A stretch of 64,000 nucleotides of DNA from Alphaproteobacteria bacterium (GCA_041738135.1 JBGSQK010000046.1:390-64389); one strand, 5' to 3'. Counted from the first letter of the stretch, positions 47,866-58,599 are shown. Translations and numbers: made by a program. The notes: generated by a model from the sequence alone, not told the origin.

Positions 47866-49497
47866 ATGATAAAAAGAACGCTTATAACGGTTATTTCATT
47901 CTATATACCCCACGCTATGGCCACTAATTATGACTTAGCTCACCCCGTGGACCTCACCTCGCCCAAAGTAAAAATCGTTGTCTATTACAAAGAAGAACCT
48001 ACAAAGGTGGTATACACCGCTCCTTTACCTCTGGAAAATGAAAGAACAATTGAAAAACCAGACCAAAACATCGTAAGAATCCGGTTGGAAGATTACCGTA
48101 AGATATTTATACCCGTACAAGGTGACCCCACATCGCCTGGTTATTTTTATAATTTCCCACTTCAGGCAGCCCCTAAAGATGTCATAAAGCTTATTGGTCG
48201 TTTGTCAGGCAATATTCCTGGCATGAGCGGTATAAACAGATTTTTCCGGTCATTCGGGTACGGGGTTGTGCTCTCATTGCCTTGCGGATTCGTGCAGACA
48301 GATAAATGGGCTGCCGTAAAAGAAGGTAAAAATCCTTTTCCACATGCTCTACAAATTGAAGAACTACATTTGACTCAGCTGAACCAAAAAGCCCTAGTTG
48401 AGATGGGGTTTATTCCGGAAGAACAAGTAGCTAAAAGCAGAGAAGACCACTTCGTTTGGGGAGGGTGGGAACCACACGATCATTTATTAGAAAAACCTAA
48501 AGAAATTCCATGCCTGTTAATTACCCAGACATTTCCGAAGTTAAAACGTTTAGTACTTCGTTCAAATTTGAAACTCACACCTCAAGTGTTTAAAATATTG
48601 AAAGAAAAAGAAATCAAAACAAGAAGAGCTTCACTGAAAGAAAAAGCAGAGGGACTTTTTGCAAAGCGTTTTTTCAGCGTACAGGAAATGCGTTGCATCG
48701 AAACCATGTTGTATTCTTCCCTTGGGACAGAAATGCTGACTCAATTGTTGTGCCTAATGGAAAAGCGCGGTCGTAAGATTGAAGACTTAAGAGCTCTCTC
48801 CGCTGTTTCTTGGAGGATATGCAAGTACGGCGGTTATTACTATTCTTCAGATGAAAAACAGGTAGAGATCCTCTTACCCATACTCCAAAATATTCTTGAA
48901 GAACCTACTAAAATAGAAATCATGGATGAATTACATCAAAACGGTTTATTCGTTTGGCACAACTTACTCGGCATACAAGTCTCTACTCAGCTCAAAACTG
49001 CTTTCCCACTGAAAAATTGCGATCTGAAACAGTTTTTTCTCAGAAGTGTACATATGGATACCCTAGCAATTTTGGCTCTCCTGAAAGATTTTGTTACAAC
49101 ACGAATACAAAATCAAAAATATACGTATACCAAACTAATAATTATCTTTATAAACGTTCTCGGAGGATACAAGACGGACGAGCAGTTGCGGATCTTACGG
49201 ACCCTACTTCCACTGATCAACACAGCTAAGCTTAACTCAATTTCTCCTGCAGACAATAAACCTTACAACGTAGAGTATCTAAATGAGAAGAGCATCTTTA
49301 CTGGACTGAATACCTGTAAGACTATATTTTTTAAATTTTCGGCCGAAATCTTCAGTGGATTCTTAATCTACTATAAAACTCTACCGAGCAAGCAAGTGGA
49401 ATTCCTTGATCCGCTCATACCAGGTTCGGACTATGCTTTGGCAAGTAAATTCTGGAATTATCAGAAAAAGTTGAGGAATATCACTTCACCTAAATGA
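47866..49497 (+). CDS. Large hypothetical protein with an N-terminal signal-like region
   Basis: 543-aa complete ORF with a plausible RBS and no recognisable motifs. Confidence 0.45.
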   Translation: MIKRTLITVISFYIPHAMATNYDLAHPVDLTSPKVKIVVYYKEEPTKVVYTAPLPLENERTIEKPDQNIVRIRLEDYRKIFIPVQGDPTSPGYFYNFPLQAAPKDVIKLIGRLSGNIPGMSGINRFFRSFGYGVVLSLPCGFVQTDKWAAVKEGKNPFPHALQIEELHLTQLNQKALVEMGFIPEEQVAKSREDHFVWGGWEPHDHLLEKPKEIPCLLITQTFPKLKRLVLRSNLKLTPQVFKILKEKEIKTRRASLKEKAEGLFAKRFFSVQEMRCIETMLYSSLGTEMLTQLLCLMEKRGRKIEDLRALSAVSWRICKYGGYYYSSDEKQVEILLPILQNILEEPTKIEIMDELHQNGLFVWHNLLGIQVSTQLKTAFPLKNCDLKQFFLRSVHMDTLAILALLKDFVTTRIQNQKYTYTKLIIIFINVLGGYKTDEQLRILRTLLPLINTAKLNSISPADNKPYNVEYLNEKSIFTGLNTCKTIFFKFSAEIFSGFLIYYKTLPSKQVEFLDPLIPGSDYALASKFWNYQKKLRNITSPK

Positions 49498-49613
49498 CCC
49501 TATAGTACAGAAGATTCTAACAAGGTCTATGTAGATTAGGTATAACACTCCAAATGGAAATTCCCTGGCTAAAAAAAAGTTAAACCACCATCAAGACGGG
49601 TTTGCTTTGAATC

Positions 49614-49946
49614 TTACCTTTTCAAATATGGAAGTTTATTTTTGACGTCCACCCACTTATCCACATCGGGCATAGGTCCTGGATCAAACGTAGCAACGGG
49701 CCAGATTTTTGAGAGCTCTGCATTGAGCTCAATAAAATGCACAAACTGCTCCGGCACCAAATCGCCAGGGTAGATGGCTTTCACAGGACACTCAGGCTCA
49801 CAATAGTTACAATCGATACACACATCCGGATCAATGGCCACAGAATTGGGCCCTTCTCTGAAAGCATCCACCGGACAAACCTGCACGCAGCTTTTATACT
49901 TACATTCAATACACGTATCGGTTACAACGTAAGCCACCTGAAACAT
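49614..49946 (-). CDS. fdxA: 7Fe ferredoxin (FdxA type, [3Fe-4S][4Fe-4S])
   Basis: YVVTDTCIECKYKSCVQVCPVDAF...CIDCNYCEPECP carries the CxxCxxxC...CP plus CxxCxxCxxxCP ligand pattern of Azotobacter-type FdI. Confidence 0.85.
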   Translation of the reverse strand: MFQVAYVVTDTCIECKYKSCVQVCPVDAFREGPNSVAIDPDVCIDCNYCEPECPVKAIYPGDLVPEQFVHFIELNAELSKIWPVATFDPGPMPDVDKWVDVKNKLPYLKR

Positions 49947-50032
49947 CCCTTATTTATTCGTCTTGTTGGTTAATTATAACAAGTTTGTGAAACAGTGTAA
50001 ATGAAAGCTAGGTTAAGAGATGAATAAAGCAA

Positions 50033-51307
50033 TCATTTCTTCAGCCGCAGTTTTTCCCAATATTGCAGGCGTTTGATGATATCGCGCTCGAAACCGCGCT
50101 CTACGGGTTTGTAGTATTGCTGACGGCGCATTTTGTCGGGGAAATAGTTTTGACCGGAAAAACCTTCGGCTGTGTCGTGATCGTAGATATAGCCTTTGCC
50201 GTCCCCTTCCTGCTTCATAAGTTTGGTAGGAGCATTGAGAATGATGACTGGTGGCATCAAAGATCCTGACTCTTGCGCGGATTTTTGTGCCAATTTAAAG
50301 GCGGTGTACGCCGCATTAGATTTAGGAGCTGTGGCTAAATAAATGACCACTTGCGCCAGCGCCAATTCGCCCTCAGGAGAACCCAAATTATGAAACGCAT
50401 CCAAGCCAGCGTTAGCTTGCACCAAGGCTTGGGGATCGGCCATTCCAATATCTTCCACAGCAAATCTTACGAGGCGGCGTGCTATATAAAGAGGCAACTC
50501 TCCCCCATCGAGCATGCGTGAAAACCAATACAAAGAAGCATCCACATCTGACCCCCGCATGGATTTGTGCAAAGCGCTGATGAGGTTGAAATGACCCTCT
50601 TGTCCTTTATCATACAAAGGCGCACGTTTTTGCAATATTTGACGCAAATGTTCTGGATCAAGTGGCTTGTCTGCTTCATAAGAGAACAAAGCTTCAGCCA
50701 TATTAAGAATTCCCCGCCCATCCCCATCGGCCATATGACAGAGCATGGCTCTTGCTTCAGGCGTAAGGGGTAACTTCTTATCCACCTCCTTCTCGGCCCG
50801 AGTAAGAAGTAGGTCAAGCGTATTCTCTTCGAGGCGATTCAAGGTATAAACGTGGGCGCGGGATAACAACGCCGAATTCAACTCAAAGGAAGGATTTTCC
50901 GTGGTAGCTCCCACCAGAATAATTGTTCCATCCTCGATATAGGGCAGAAAACTGTCTTGCTGACTACGGTTAAAACGGTGGATTTCATCTATGAAAAGAA
51001 GAGTGCGAACGCCTTTTTTCTTTTGCTCCTCAGCCTCCACAAACACTTTCCGCAATTCAGCCACGCCTGAATTAATAGCCGACATCACGACAAAATGCAG
51101 GTCAGACCTATGGGCCAATAACTTGGCAATGGTCGTCTTACCACAACCCGGAGGGCCCCAGAATATGATAGACGAAATATGCCCGGTTTCCACCATATGG
51201 CTCAACGGTTTTCCAGGACCAATGAGGTGATCTTGACCTAAAACCTCATCAAGAGACTGTGGTCGTAAGCGATCGGCTAGAGGACGATGATCATCCATTG
51301 TAACCAC
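50033..51307 (-). CDS. rarA: Replication-associated recombination protein RarA/MgsA (AAA+). It starts either at GTG 51307 or at ATG 51298.
   Basis: Walker A GPPGCGKTT, Walker B LFIDEIHRFN, and an RarA C-terminal domain. Confidence 0.9.
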   Translation of the reverse strand: MVTMDDHRPLADRLRPQSLDEVLGQDHLIGPGKPLSHMVETGHISSIIFWGPPGCGKTTIAKLLAHRSDLHFVVMSAINSGVAELRKVFVEAEEQKKKGVRTLLFIDEIHRFNRSQQDSFLPYIEDGTIILVGATTENPSFELNSALLSRAHVYTLNRLEENTLDLLLTRAEKEVDKKLPLTPEARAMLCHMADGDGRGILNMAEALFSYEADKPLDPEHLRQILQKRAPLYDKGQEGHFNLISALHKSMRGSDVDASLYWFSRMLDGGELPLYIARRLVRFAVEDIGMADPQALVQANAGLDAFHNLGSPEGELALAQVVIYLATAPKSNAAYTAFKLAQKSAQESGSLMPPVIILNAPTKLMKQEGDGKGYIYDHDTAEGFSGQNYFPDKMRRQQYYKPVERGFERDIIKRLQYWEKLRLKK

Positions 51308-51500
51308 TCACCAAAAATCTCGTCATCCAGAGCGCGCCTCCGCTTTTGCGGAGGAAGCGAAGGATCCAGCGAATGTGTGCGAGCGCATGCGAGCTCCGTA
51401 TTAAAGTACGATCGAGTTCGCATACGCTCACACTTATGCGCTGGATCCCACGCAGCAACGCTACGCTTATGCTGCTCTGGATGACGTGAGTTGGTGAGTG
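51307..51500. repeat. MITE-like palindromic element, family B copy 2. The core 51321-51487 lies within a perfect 14-16-bp outer inverted repeat, taaccactcaccaa / ttggtgagtggtta. An 8-bp direct repeat catccatt lies outside it (51292-51299 and 51502-51509).
   Basis: cgtcatccagagcgcgcctccgcttttgcggagg...ctctggatgacg. The flanks read catccattg|taaccactcaccaa|aaatct[core]tgag|ttggtgagtggtta|ccatccatt. Confidence 0.8.
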
Positions 51501-51511
51501 GTTACCATCCA

Positions 51512-53011
51512 TTATTGCAGCACAATCGTATAACTTTTACCACCGCGCCTGATCTCGATCTTCCAGCTGATGCGTTCAGGTCCTTGCAAATTACCACGAG
51601 CTCTAGTCAACCTGTTCGCAAGGCCTTCTACATTTTCAACGGCTTGCTCGTTCACACCAGTGATGATATCTCCAGGCAAAATGCCGATACGCCTGGCGGC
51701 GCTATTTGCTTCAATGGACAACACAATAACGCCCTTCTCCATGAAATCCACACCCAGATTTGTGGCAAGCCCAGGCGAAAGATCAGCAACGGTTGCACCC
51801 TCTAAGGGTTGGCGACCGCGCAGCAGGACGGGGTTGTTACCTGCCCCATCCGATGGAGCTTCCAGCTGAACCGTTTTAACCTCACGTTCGCCATTCTTTT
51901 TAACGATCTGCAGCTCAATCTTATCCTTCACTTTACGAGAGGCTATCCTGAACAAGAAGCCAGCTTCATTCCGTATTTCCTTACCATCGGCACTTAAAAT
52001 AAGATCTTCCAATTTAAGACCCGCTTTTTCAGCTGGGCTACCAGGATATACACCTGTCACCACAACACCCACGGGTATCTCTAAATTGTAGGCTTTAGCA
52101 ATCTCAGGAGTAACGCTCGCAACCCTTGCCCCCGCCCATGGGCGTAATACCTGACCACCAGAATTCAAACTGTCTATGAGTGGTAGAACTAGGTTCGTTG
52201 GAATAGCAAATCCAATTCCAATAGAGCCGCCAGATTTGGACAATATGGCCGTATTAATACCAGCAAGCTTGCCGTCCATGGTCACCAATGCACCGCCTGA
52301 GTTTCCAGGATTAATAGCTGCATCCGTTTGAATAAATGACCTGAAATCTGAAACCCCAATTTGAGTTCTTGCCATGGCCGATACGATACCACTGGTAACC
52401 GTTTGACCTATACCAAAGGGGTTACCAATGGCTAAAACCAAATCCCCCACCTCAATCTCGTCCACATCTTTAAACTTAAGGAATGGCAATTGCGCAGGAG
52501 GATTTTTAAGCTTCAAAACGGCTAAGTCTGTACGGGGTTCTTTGGCAACAACTTCCGCTTCCAACTCTCTGCCGTCGGACAGCACCACTTTGATCTCTTT
52601 TGCATTCTGGATTACGTGAAAGCTGGTTACAATCAGACCATCACCCCTGATAATTACTCCTGAACCCAATGATTTTTGAATGCGCATGGGTGAATTCCCG
52701 GAGAAAAAATCTTCGCCGAAAAACTGTCTAAAAAATGGGTCTTCCGTAAGTGGAGAGGTACCTTGTGATTTCACAGCACTGTTGGCAAAGATATTGACCA
52801 CAGCAGGCGCCACTTGCTTTACCACTTTAGCATAGCTTAAGTGCACTTCCTCACGCGAGCCTGGAATGGCTTTTTGCGGATTCATGAGCTCAAATTCAGT
52901 TTGTCCCTGTGGAATGGGCTCAATATCTGCAGGTGGTTCCTGCGACTGGGCTTTTGATACTGTCAAACTCAACAAAAGAGCGAAAAGAATACGATACACG
53001 ATAGACCTCAT
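51512..53011 (-). CDS. htrA: HtrA/DegP-family periplasmic serine endoprotease (trypsin-like domain plus two PDZ domains)
   Basis: Signal peptide, and a catalytic context GNSGGAL (Ser) with His/Asp upstream (VITSFHV...DLAVLK). It is 499 aa with two PDZ-like regions. Confidence 0.9.
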   Translation of the reverse strand: MRSIVYRILFALLLSLTVSKAQSQEPPADIEPIPQGQTEFELMNPQKAIPGSREEVHLSYAKVVKQVAPAVVNIFANSAVKSQGTSPLTEDPFFRQFFGEDFFSGNSPMRIQKSLGSGVIIRGDGLIVTSFHVIQNAKEIKVVLSDGRELEAEVVAKEPRTDLAVLKLKNPPAQLPFLKFKDVDEIEVGDLVLAIGNPFGIGQTVTSGIVSAMARTQIGVSDFRSFIQTDAAINPGNSGGALVTMDGKLAGINTAILSKSGGSIGIGFAIPTNLVLPLIDSLNSGGQVLRPWAGARVASVTPEIAKAYNLEIPVGVVVTGVYPGSPAEKAGLKLEDLILSADGKEIRNEAGFLFRIASRKVKDKIELQIVKKNGEREVKTVQLEAPSDGAGNNPVLLRGRQPLEGATVADLSPGLATNLGVDFMEKGVIVLSIEANSAARRIGILPGDIITGVNEQAVENVEGLANRLTRARGNLQGPERISWKIEIRRGGKSYTIVLQ

Positions 53012-53158
53012 ACATAAATGAACTCTTAATTATACCATAAGCCATACGAAACGCTACAAAGTTGATTGAATATGCAAAATCACATAATTTTAATTGACTT
53101 AACCCCCATTCAGGTTGGATAGTTTATATAACAAGAAAAATTTCAGGGAGCCACGGTC

Positions 53159-53614
53159 ATGAGATACTCATCAAAAGGATTCTATGCATTCGGTTGTTTA
53201 ATACTAGGCGCATGCAGCTCCTCAAAAGAAATGACGTACACAGCGTCATATGATTACCATGCCGAATTTAATCGCTGTAGCCCCAAGAACTTAGAAACCA
53301 TGAACGCGGTAGAAAAAGAGCACACCTGTGCTAGCAGCGCGTTTGAAGCTAGAAAACAAGAAATGGACCGACTCTACAAAGAAGTGGTGGCACTCTACAA
53401 AAAACAAGAGAAACTCAACGAAAACAGCGATAAACTAGAGGAATTCAAAACCAGCCAAGCGCGATTCAACAAGTTCATCAAAAAAGACGCTAAGTTAACC
53501 AATACAGCATTTCGCACTAGCTACCCATATAACTATTTTGGCTCCATGACCGATTATGTGAACACCCGCATACGGCACCTTCAGAGGCTGAAGAATGAAT
53601 TAGCGAAGGAATAA
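53159..53614 (+). CDS. Putative lipoprotein (possibly DUF1311/LprI-like)
   Basis: Lipobox LILGAC following a signal sequence, and a small helical protein. Its family assignment is tentative. Confidence 0.4.
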   Translation: MRYSSKGFYAFGCLILGACSSSKEMTYTASYDYHAEFNRCSPKNLETMNAVEKEHTCASSAFEARKQEMDRLYKEVVALYKKQEKLNENSDKLEEFKTSQARFNKFIKKDAKLTNTAFRTSYPYNYFGSMTDYVNTRIRHLQRLKNELAKE

Positions 53615-53706
53615 ATTTCAGCGGTCAAATATTTTTATTGATACAATCGTCAATATGTATTACAAATTATCATTCGCTTAGATTAGATTTTATTAGGAAA
53701 TACATA

Positions 53707-54864
53707 ATGTTAAAAAGATTATTATACACTCTTTTGTTAGCGGCAAGTCTTTGCTCCTCTGCATCATTTGCTTCAAACCGACCAGCGTACATTGATCCTG
53801 AGTCCATCAAACACACTATGCTTCAAACACGAAACGGCCTTGGCGCGACTTTTAATGATCTAGGGAGTTTTGAAGAAGATTTTATCAAAGAGTGTCGAAT
53901 TGTTGACTTAGAAGAGATGGATAAAGGTAAAATATTGTTGCTCGGCGAGGGATATGGCCGACTGACCATGAGGGTTCTTCGTGAGACAGAATACGCCCAT
54001 GTCTTTGCAAACGAGCTCTCTCCACTCAATTTGTGCCACCTAGAAGCCAAATTAAAGGCTCTCAAAGCCGAAGGGGAGAGAAAGCTTAAGGCCAACGCAA
54101 GCCACATAAGTGAGCTCATCATCGCGGCTCGCGCCCATACATTTGTAGGAGATTGTCTCCAGCTTCCCTACAACAAAGCACTAGTTCAGCTATTACGAAC
54201 CCCTAGCCCATATAATAGCTTTGACAAAATCCTATCGTCCAACATGATTCATTTCTTTGACGGTGAGCAAGTTTTAAAGTTCTTCGTTAACGGCTTTAAC
54301 TTACTAAAGCCCGGAGCAACATTACACGTGATGGCACACTCTTTTGCTAAGCCATATAGCGAAGAAGAAATCCTAAAGGCAGCTAGTCCGACTTTTGCTT
54401 ATGTAGCCGCCCTCGCTTTTATATGTGAATTTGCGTCGCAGGAGAAAGATCTAATATTTCCAGGTCTAATCGACGATAAATGGCTTTCAAAGTCAGAAAT
54501 ACTAAGATCTATTCTCAGAATGAAACCGAATACCATGCATACTAGCAATGCAATAAGCCCCGCCACCCTAGAAAGACTAGCTACACAAGTAGGGTTTGAA
54601 ATTATTTCGGTTAAAAATTATACCACATGCAAGCGACGCTCAGATCAACATGTCTCATTTGCTGAAAGTGAAGAAAAGTCCCCCTACTCCGCCATCGTTC
54701 TCAGAAAGCCAAGGCAACATGATGGGCAGACACTCATCATGAGAGACCTCGATCAAGATTTTGTAAGTGCATGCCTCAGCGCCAGTAAGAAAATGAAAGA
54801 ATTCATAGACACCAAGCTAGAATATCCCGAACGTTACCCATTCGTACAATTAAAGAAAAAATAA
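53707..54864 (+). CDS. Secreted class-I SAM-dependent methyltransferase-like protein. The start is at MLKRLLYTLLL; the ORF track starts at 53638.
   Basis: Signal peptide ...LAASLCSSASFA. MTase motif I is ILLLGEGYGRLT, motif II is FVGDCLQLPY, and motif III is LLKPGATLHV, in the canonical order and spacing. Confidence 0.5.
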   Translation: MLKRLLYTLLLAASLCSSASFASNRPAYIDPESIKHTMLQTRNGLGATFNDLGSFEEDFIKECRIVDLEEMDKGKILLLGEGYGRLTMRVLRETEYAHVFANELSPLNLCHLEAKLKALKAEGERKLKANASHISELIIAARAHTFVGDCLQLPYNKALVQLLRTPSPYNSFDKILSSNMIHFFDGEQVLKFFVNGFNLLKPGATLHVMAHSFAKPYSEEEILKAASPTFAYVAALAFICEFASQEKDLIFPGLIDDKWLSKSEILRSILRMKPNTMHTSNAISPATLERLATQVGFEIISVKNYTTCKRRSDQHVSFAESEEKSPYSAIVLRKPRQHDGQTLIMRDLDQDFVSACLSASKKMKEFIDTKLEYPERYPFVQLKKK

Positions 54865-54926
54865 CGTACCTGCCCTGGCTTTCAAAAAAGTCAGGAAGTC
54901 TTTTTTTCATAATTGTTCGCAAATCC

Positions 54927-55781
54927 TCACTTTAGATGCATCTGCATATGTTGATCAGATTCAGGCAATACCTGTCCGCCATCAACAATGATGGATTGGC
55001 CTGTTATGTAACTTGCCTCATCTGATGCAAGAAATAAGTGAGCATAGGCCACATCCTCTGGCGTTCCTAGCCTGCCCATTGGAATACCGGAGGATATATT
55101 CTTAATGTGCTCTTCACTCATTTCGTTCAAACCCTCAGATACAATATTACCAGGCTCAACAGCGTTCACCGTAATATTATAAGTTGCCAGCTCAATAGCA
55201 GCTGTTTTCATAAAGCCATTCATGCCGGCTTTCGATGCTGTGTAATGAGTCCCGCCCGGCCAACCCACCGTTGGACCCGATATGGACGACGTTAACAGAA
55301 TACGGCCATACTTCTGCTTTTTCATAGCTGGCAAACAAGCTCTTACAGCATAGAATGTGCTTGATAAATTCGTTTTGATGACCCTATCCCAACTTTCAAC
55401 GGTCATCTCCGAAATGGGTGAGACGGGGTATATCCCCGCATTATGCACCAAAATGTCAATTCGACCATACTTTTTCAAAACATCTTGAGCAATAAATTCC
55501 ATATCTTGAGGCACTGAAACATCGGCGACAACATAAGCGGCGTCTCCGCCTTGCTTGATAATATCAGCCATGCCCTTTTTTAGTTCTGATTCTGTACGGC
55601 TGACAAGAACCACTTTAGCGCCCTCGCTCGCAAACACCTTGGCAATTCCGAGCCCAATACCCTTGCTAGCCCCTGTGATAATCACCACTTTTCCTACTAA
55701 CCTGTTTTTTCCTTGGACTTCAGTTGTCATTATCAATATTCCCGTAAATATTATACAGAGCCTATATAGCTGACGTATCAT
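54927..55781 (-). CDS. Short-chain dehydrogenase/reductase (SDR) family oxidoreductase. There is an alternative start at about 55730.
   Basis: ITGASKGIGLGIA (TGxxxGxG), NAG, and the catalytic YTASK (YxxxK). Confidence 0.85.
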   Translation of the reverse strand: MIRQLYRLCIIFTGILIMTTEVQGKNRLVGKVVIITGASKGIGLGIAKVFASEGAKVVLVSRTESELKKGMADIIKQGGDAAYVVADVSVPQDMEFIAQDVLKKYGRIDILVHNAGIYPVSPISEMTVESWDRVIKTNLSSTFYAVRACLPAMKKQKYGRILLTSSISGPTVGWPGGTHYTASKAGMNGFMKTAAIELATYNITVNAVEPGNIVSEGLNEMSEEHIKNISSGIPMGRLGTPEDVAYAHLFLASDEASYITGQSIIVDGGQVLPESDQHMQMHLK

Positions 55782-55929
55782 GTTTATTCCTGACTTTCAC
55801 TCTTCAGTTTAATGGTATTTCTCATGATAAGCAGCGCATGTCAAGCTGGCACCTAAATTTTCCAGCCACATACTATTGATCCTTCGTAGAATATCCATAT
55901 ACTAGACAAAATGTCATAAGGGGGAAAAA

Positions 55930-57096
55930 ATGATCATACTACGCCGCGTTTTGTTACTTTTCAGTTTCACCATAAGCATCAATCCTTTGTTTGCCTCTGA
56001 TGAATTTGCCCCACCTCTCAAAGGTCACCAGTTGTTGACCAGTATCAGCGGATATCATTTGCGAGATCCTCGGAATGGTTCTGAGTCATTTGATAAAGCG
56101 TGCACTCGGCTAGAAAATGTTATGGAACAAAAAGTTCCGAATGCCATGCAACCGGTGGACACGTTTTTAACGACACATCCCCTAATGATCCTGCGGTCGC
56201 TTGATTGGTTCTTTCTTGATAGGTTCTTTCCACATAGCTTCCATGGAAGGACCAAGCTAGTCGATACTCTCGAAAACTACAGAGGGCCATGGATTCCAAC
56301 TCCTCCTGGTTGGAGCAACTACGGCCTCGTCCTATCCCCGAAACCTTATGCTTATCCCTGGCACATCGTAGCACTGATACGTAACCTGCAGATCCTTCCT
56401 CTGGAGCAATGGGATGTGGCTGAAATGTGGCAATCGGCGATGAAGTCCTTTGGCCATTCACTGACAACTGGGTACAAGGATTACGAAACGGGCGCTCAGC
56501 TAGTCTATGCAAAACGCATGTACACCCTTGCCCAGCAGGAGGTATTTGCCCGTGCGCTCACTAACCACGCACTCAACTCCAGCCGCGCATTTGCGGAGGA
56601 CGGACAGTCGGAATCTTTCTTTCAGTCGACAGATCTAAATAGCATCAGCTCAGTCACTCGAATTATTCCCGAACTAAACTTTACAATCCCAAGCGCTATA
56701 AACGCCCCTTTAAGCGACCAACTGGATACATATACCCAAGCATACAAAGCACTTGCGTTTATTCAAAATTCTGAACGTGAGCTCTTAACGAAGACATTGG
56801 ATCAAACCTGTCCGTATAAAATGTCGCCAGCTGAGAAAATATTTATTCAAGAGCATTTCACAAGCCTATCTAAACAAACGCTCCAAGATGAGCTTGAAGC
56901 ACTCCCTACCATCCTCTGGCTGTTGAGCGATCTGTCGGCCAAGAACATACGTTATGTGGACTTGCTTTGCTGTAGACCGGATAATTTTGCATTATGGACA
57001 AGACCCCAATTAATAAAACGATTAAGTGAGCTTTGCATGAACGTTAAGGATAAACATATTCTGGCTAAGGTGAGGGAACAGCTTCCGGGGCAATGA
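55930..57096 (+). CDS. Hypothetical secreted protein
   Basis: Signal peptide MIILRRVLLLFSFTISINPLFA. 388 aa with no known motif. Confidence 0.45.
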   Translation: MIILRRVLLLFSFTISINPLFASDEFAPPLKGHQLLTSISGYHLRDPRNGSESFDKACTRLENVMEQKVPNAMQPVDTFLTTHPLMILRSLDWFFLDRFFPHSFHGRTKLVDTLENYRGPWIPTPPGWSNYGLVLSPKPYAYPWHIVALIRNLQILPLEQWDVAEMWQSAMKSFGHSLTTGYKDYETGAQLVYAKRMYTLAQQEVFARALTNHALNSSRAFAEDGQSESFFQSTDLNSISSVTRIIPELNFTIPSAINAPLSDQLDTYTQAYKALAFIQNSERELLTKTLDQTCPYKMSPAEKIFIQEHFTSLSKQTLQDELEALPTILWLLSDLSAKNIRYVDLLCCRPDNFALWTRPQLIKRLSELCMNVKDKHILAKVREQLPGQ

Positions 57097-57261
57097 ACCC
57101 AATCAGAAGTCATGAGTAAAATGCCCCTAGTGGGGCATGGCAAAATTGCTGTGTTGGTGAGTCTTACACAAAACCAGAAAGCGTAACATTACCAAGTCGC
57201 TGAAAATATTTGCTTTAATACTCTCTACAATGTATAAAGAACTCCGTTACAGGAGAATGTT

Positions 57262-58599
57262 ATGAAGAAAATTCTATTCAGCTTAACCCTGGCCTTTTCG
57301 TTTGTTATGACAGCTTGTAATGTTTTTGCATCGTCGCAGAATCCGAACATTGATGCTCTTTGGTACACACGCGTCACAAAATCAGCCGCTCAAAATGGAC
57401 TAATTCATATCCCCCACAAAGAGCTAGGCAGAATGGATGGTATTGATGTGATTATGTCCCATTCCGGCTCACCAGAAGCTGTGTTTAAAAAAGGCGATGG
57501 AGCTCCTATGCATGACCGCGTGCGCAAAGAAGCATTCATCTCTTTTATGGCACGCACTTTAGGCATGTCAGTGGTTGTCGAATCTTGTGAAGTCAAAGCT
57601 TTGAATATAGCAGGACATCGCGAACCTCAAAGGGGATTGCTCGAGAAATTTATAAGCGTTTATGGCAGCTATGGGCAACCCCGTCACGCAATACCAGAAT
57701 TGCAACAAGCTCTGAGCAAACATATGAATAAATTTGGCTCATTAAACTTGCTTACGCTATATGATGTACTCAGAAAGGGAGATGACAAGGAAGCCGAACT
57801 AATAGTTCGATCTATCTCTCGAAAAAGTGTTGAAGAACTATATATACTTTACATACTGACCGACTCTCGATCGTCACAACCTTACGCAACGTTCATACAG
57901 ATGAATGCGCAGGGATGCCTTGATCTTGTATTAATGGGCACCCAATACACTTTTGAAAGCATGAGCCCAACGTGTTCAAGCTGGGAATTACCCCAAGGTA
58001 ATTTTTGCTTTTCCCAGGAAGGCATTGCTCTGATTAGAAGCTTAAAACCCGATGCAGAGCCCTTGAAAAGTCTAATTACCAAAAAAGCATCTGATGCCAT
58101 AATTGAGATTCAAATCAATGATTTTAAAGAAAGACTAAGGCATTTTCAATCTATGGCCTTAAGTTACCCGGATTTAACTATACGACAGATTCATGAACGA
58201 GCATTTCTTTTTACGCGATTTGCTTTTGAAAGCCACAACATCTATCTTTCCCAAGGGCATTATAATGTTGCAAATATGGGTGGCAAACATTTTCTTATAC
58301 TTAAGGATGAGAATGTTGCTTTGCTAGATCCGGCTTACAATAATGCCCTGCGGTTTCAGTCCACATATGATGATGACAGGATTCCGTCTCTTCTACGGAC
58401 CTTAAAATACTTAACCAATCTGCGCTGCACATATGGGTATTGCGTGTTGAAACCAGTTATAGAAGCAATGACACACTCAAACCCCGAGCTCAACAACGCG
58501 CTGGTTAATGATCCAAGGAACACCTGCCTGAAAATAAAAGCCGCACTCGACGCCAAACTAGCAGAGCTGCAAGAGAGTGTTTATCCTTGGGGTAAGTAG
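57262..58599 (+). CDS. Hypothetical secreted protein or lipoprotein
   Basis: Signal peptide and a possible lipobox (FVMTAC). 445 aa with no known motif. Confidence 0.45.
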   Translation: MKKILFSLTLAFSFVMTACNVFASSQNPNIDALWYTRVTKSAAQNGLIHIPHKELGRMDGIDVIMSHSGSPEAVFKKGDGAPMHDRVRKEAFISFMARTLGMSVVVESCEVKALNIAGHREPQRGLLEKFISVYGSYGQPRHAIPELQQALSKHMNKFGSLNLLTLYDVLRKGDDKEAELIVRSISRKSVEELYILYILTDSRSSQPYATFIQMNAQGCLDLVLMGTQYTFESMSPTCSSWELPQGNFCFSQEGIALIRSLKPDAEPLKSLITKKASDAIIEIQINDFKERLRHFQSMALSYPDLTIRQIHERAFLFTRFAFESHNIYLSQGHYNVANMGGKHFLILKDENVALLDPAYNNALRFQSTYDDDRIPSLLRTLKYLTNLRCTYGYCVLKPVIEAMTHSNPELNNALVNDPRNTCLKIKAALDAKLAELQESVYPWGK

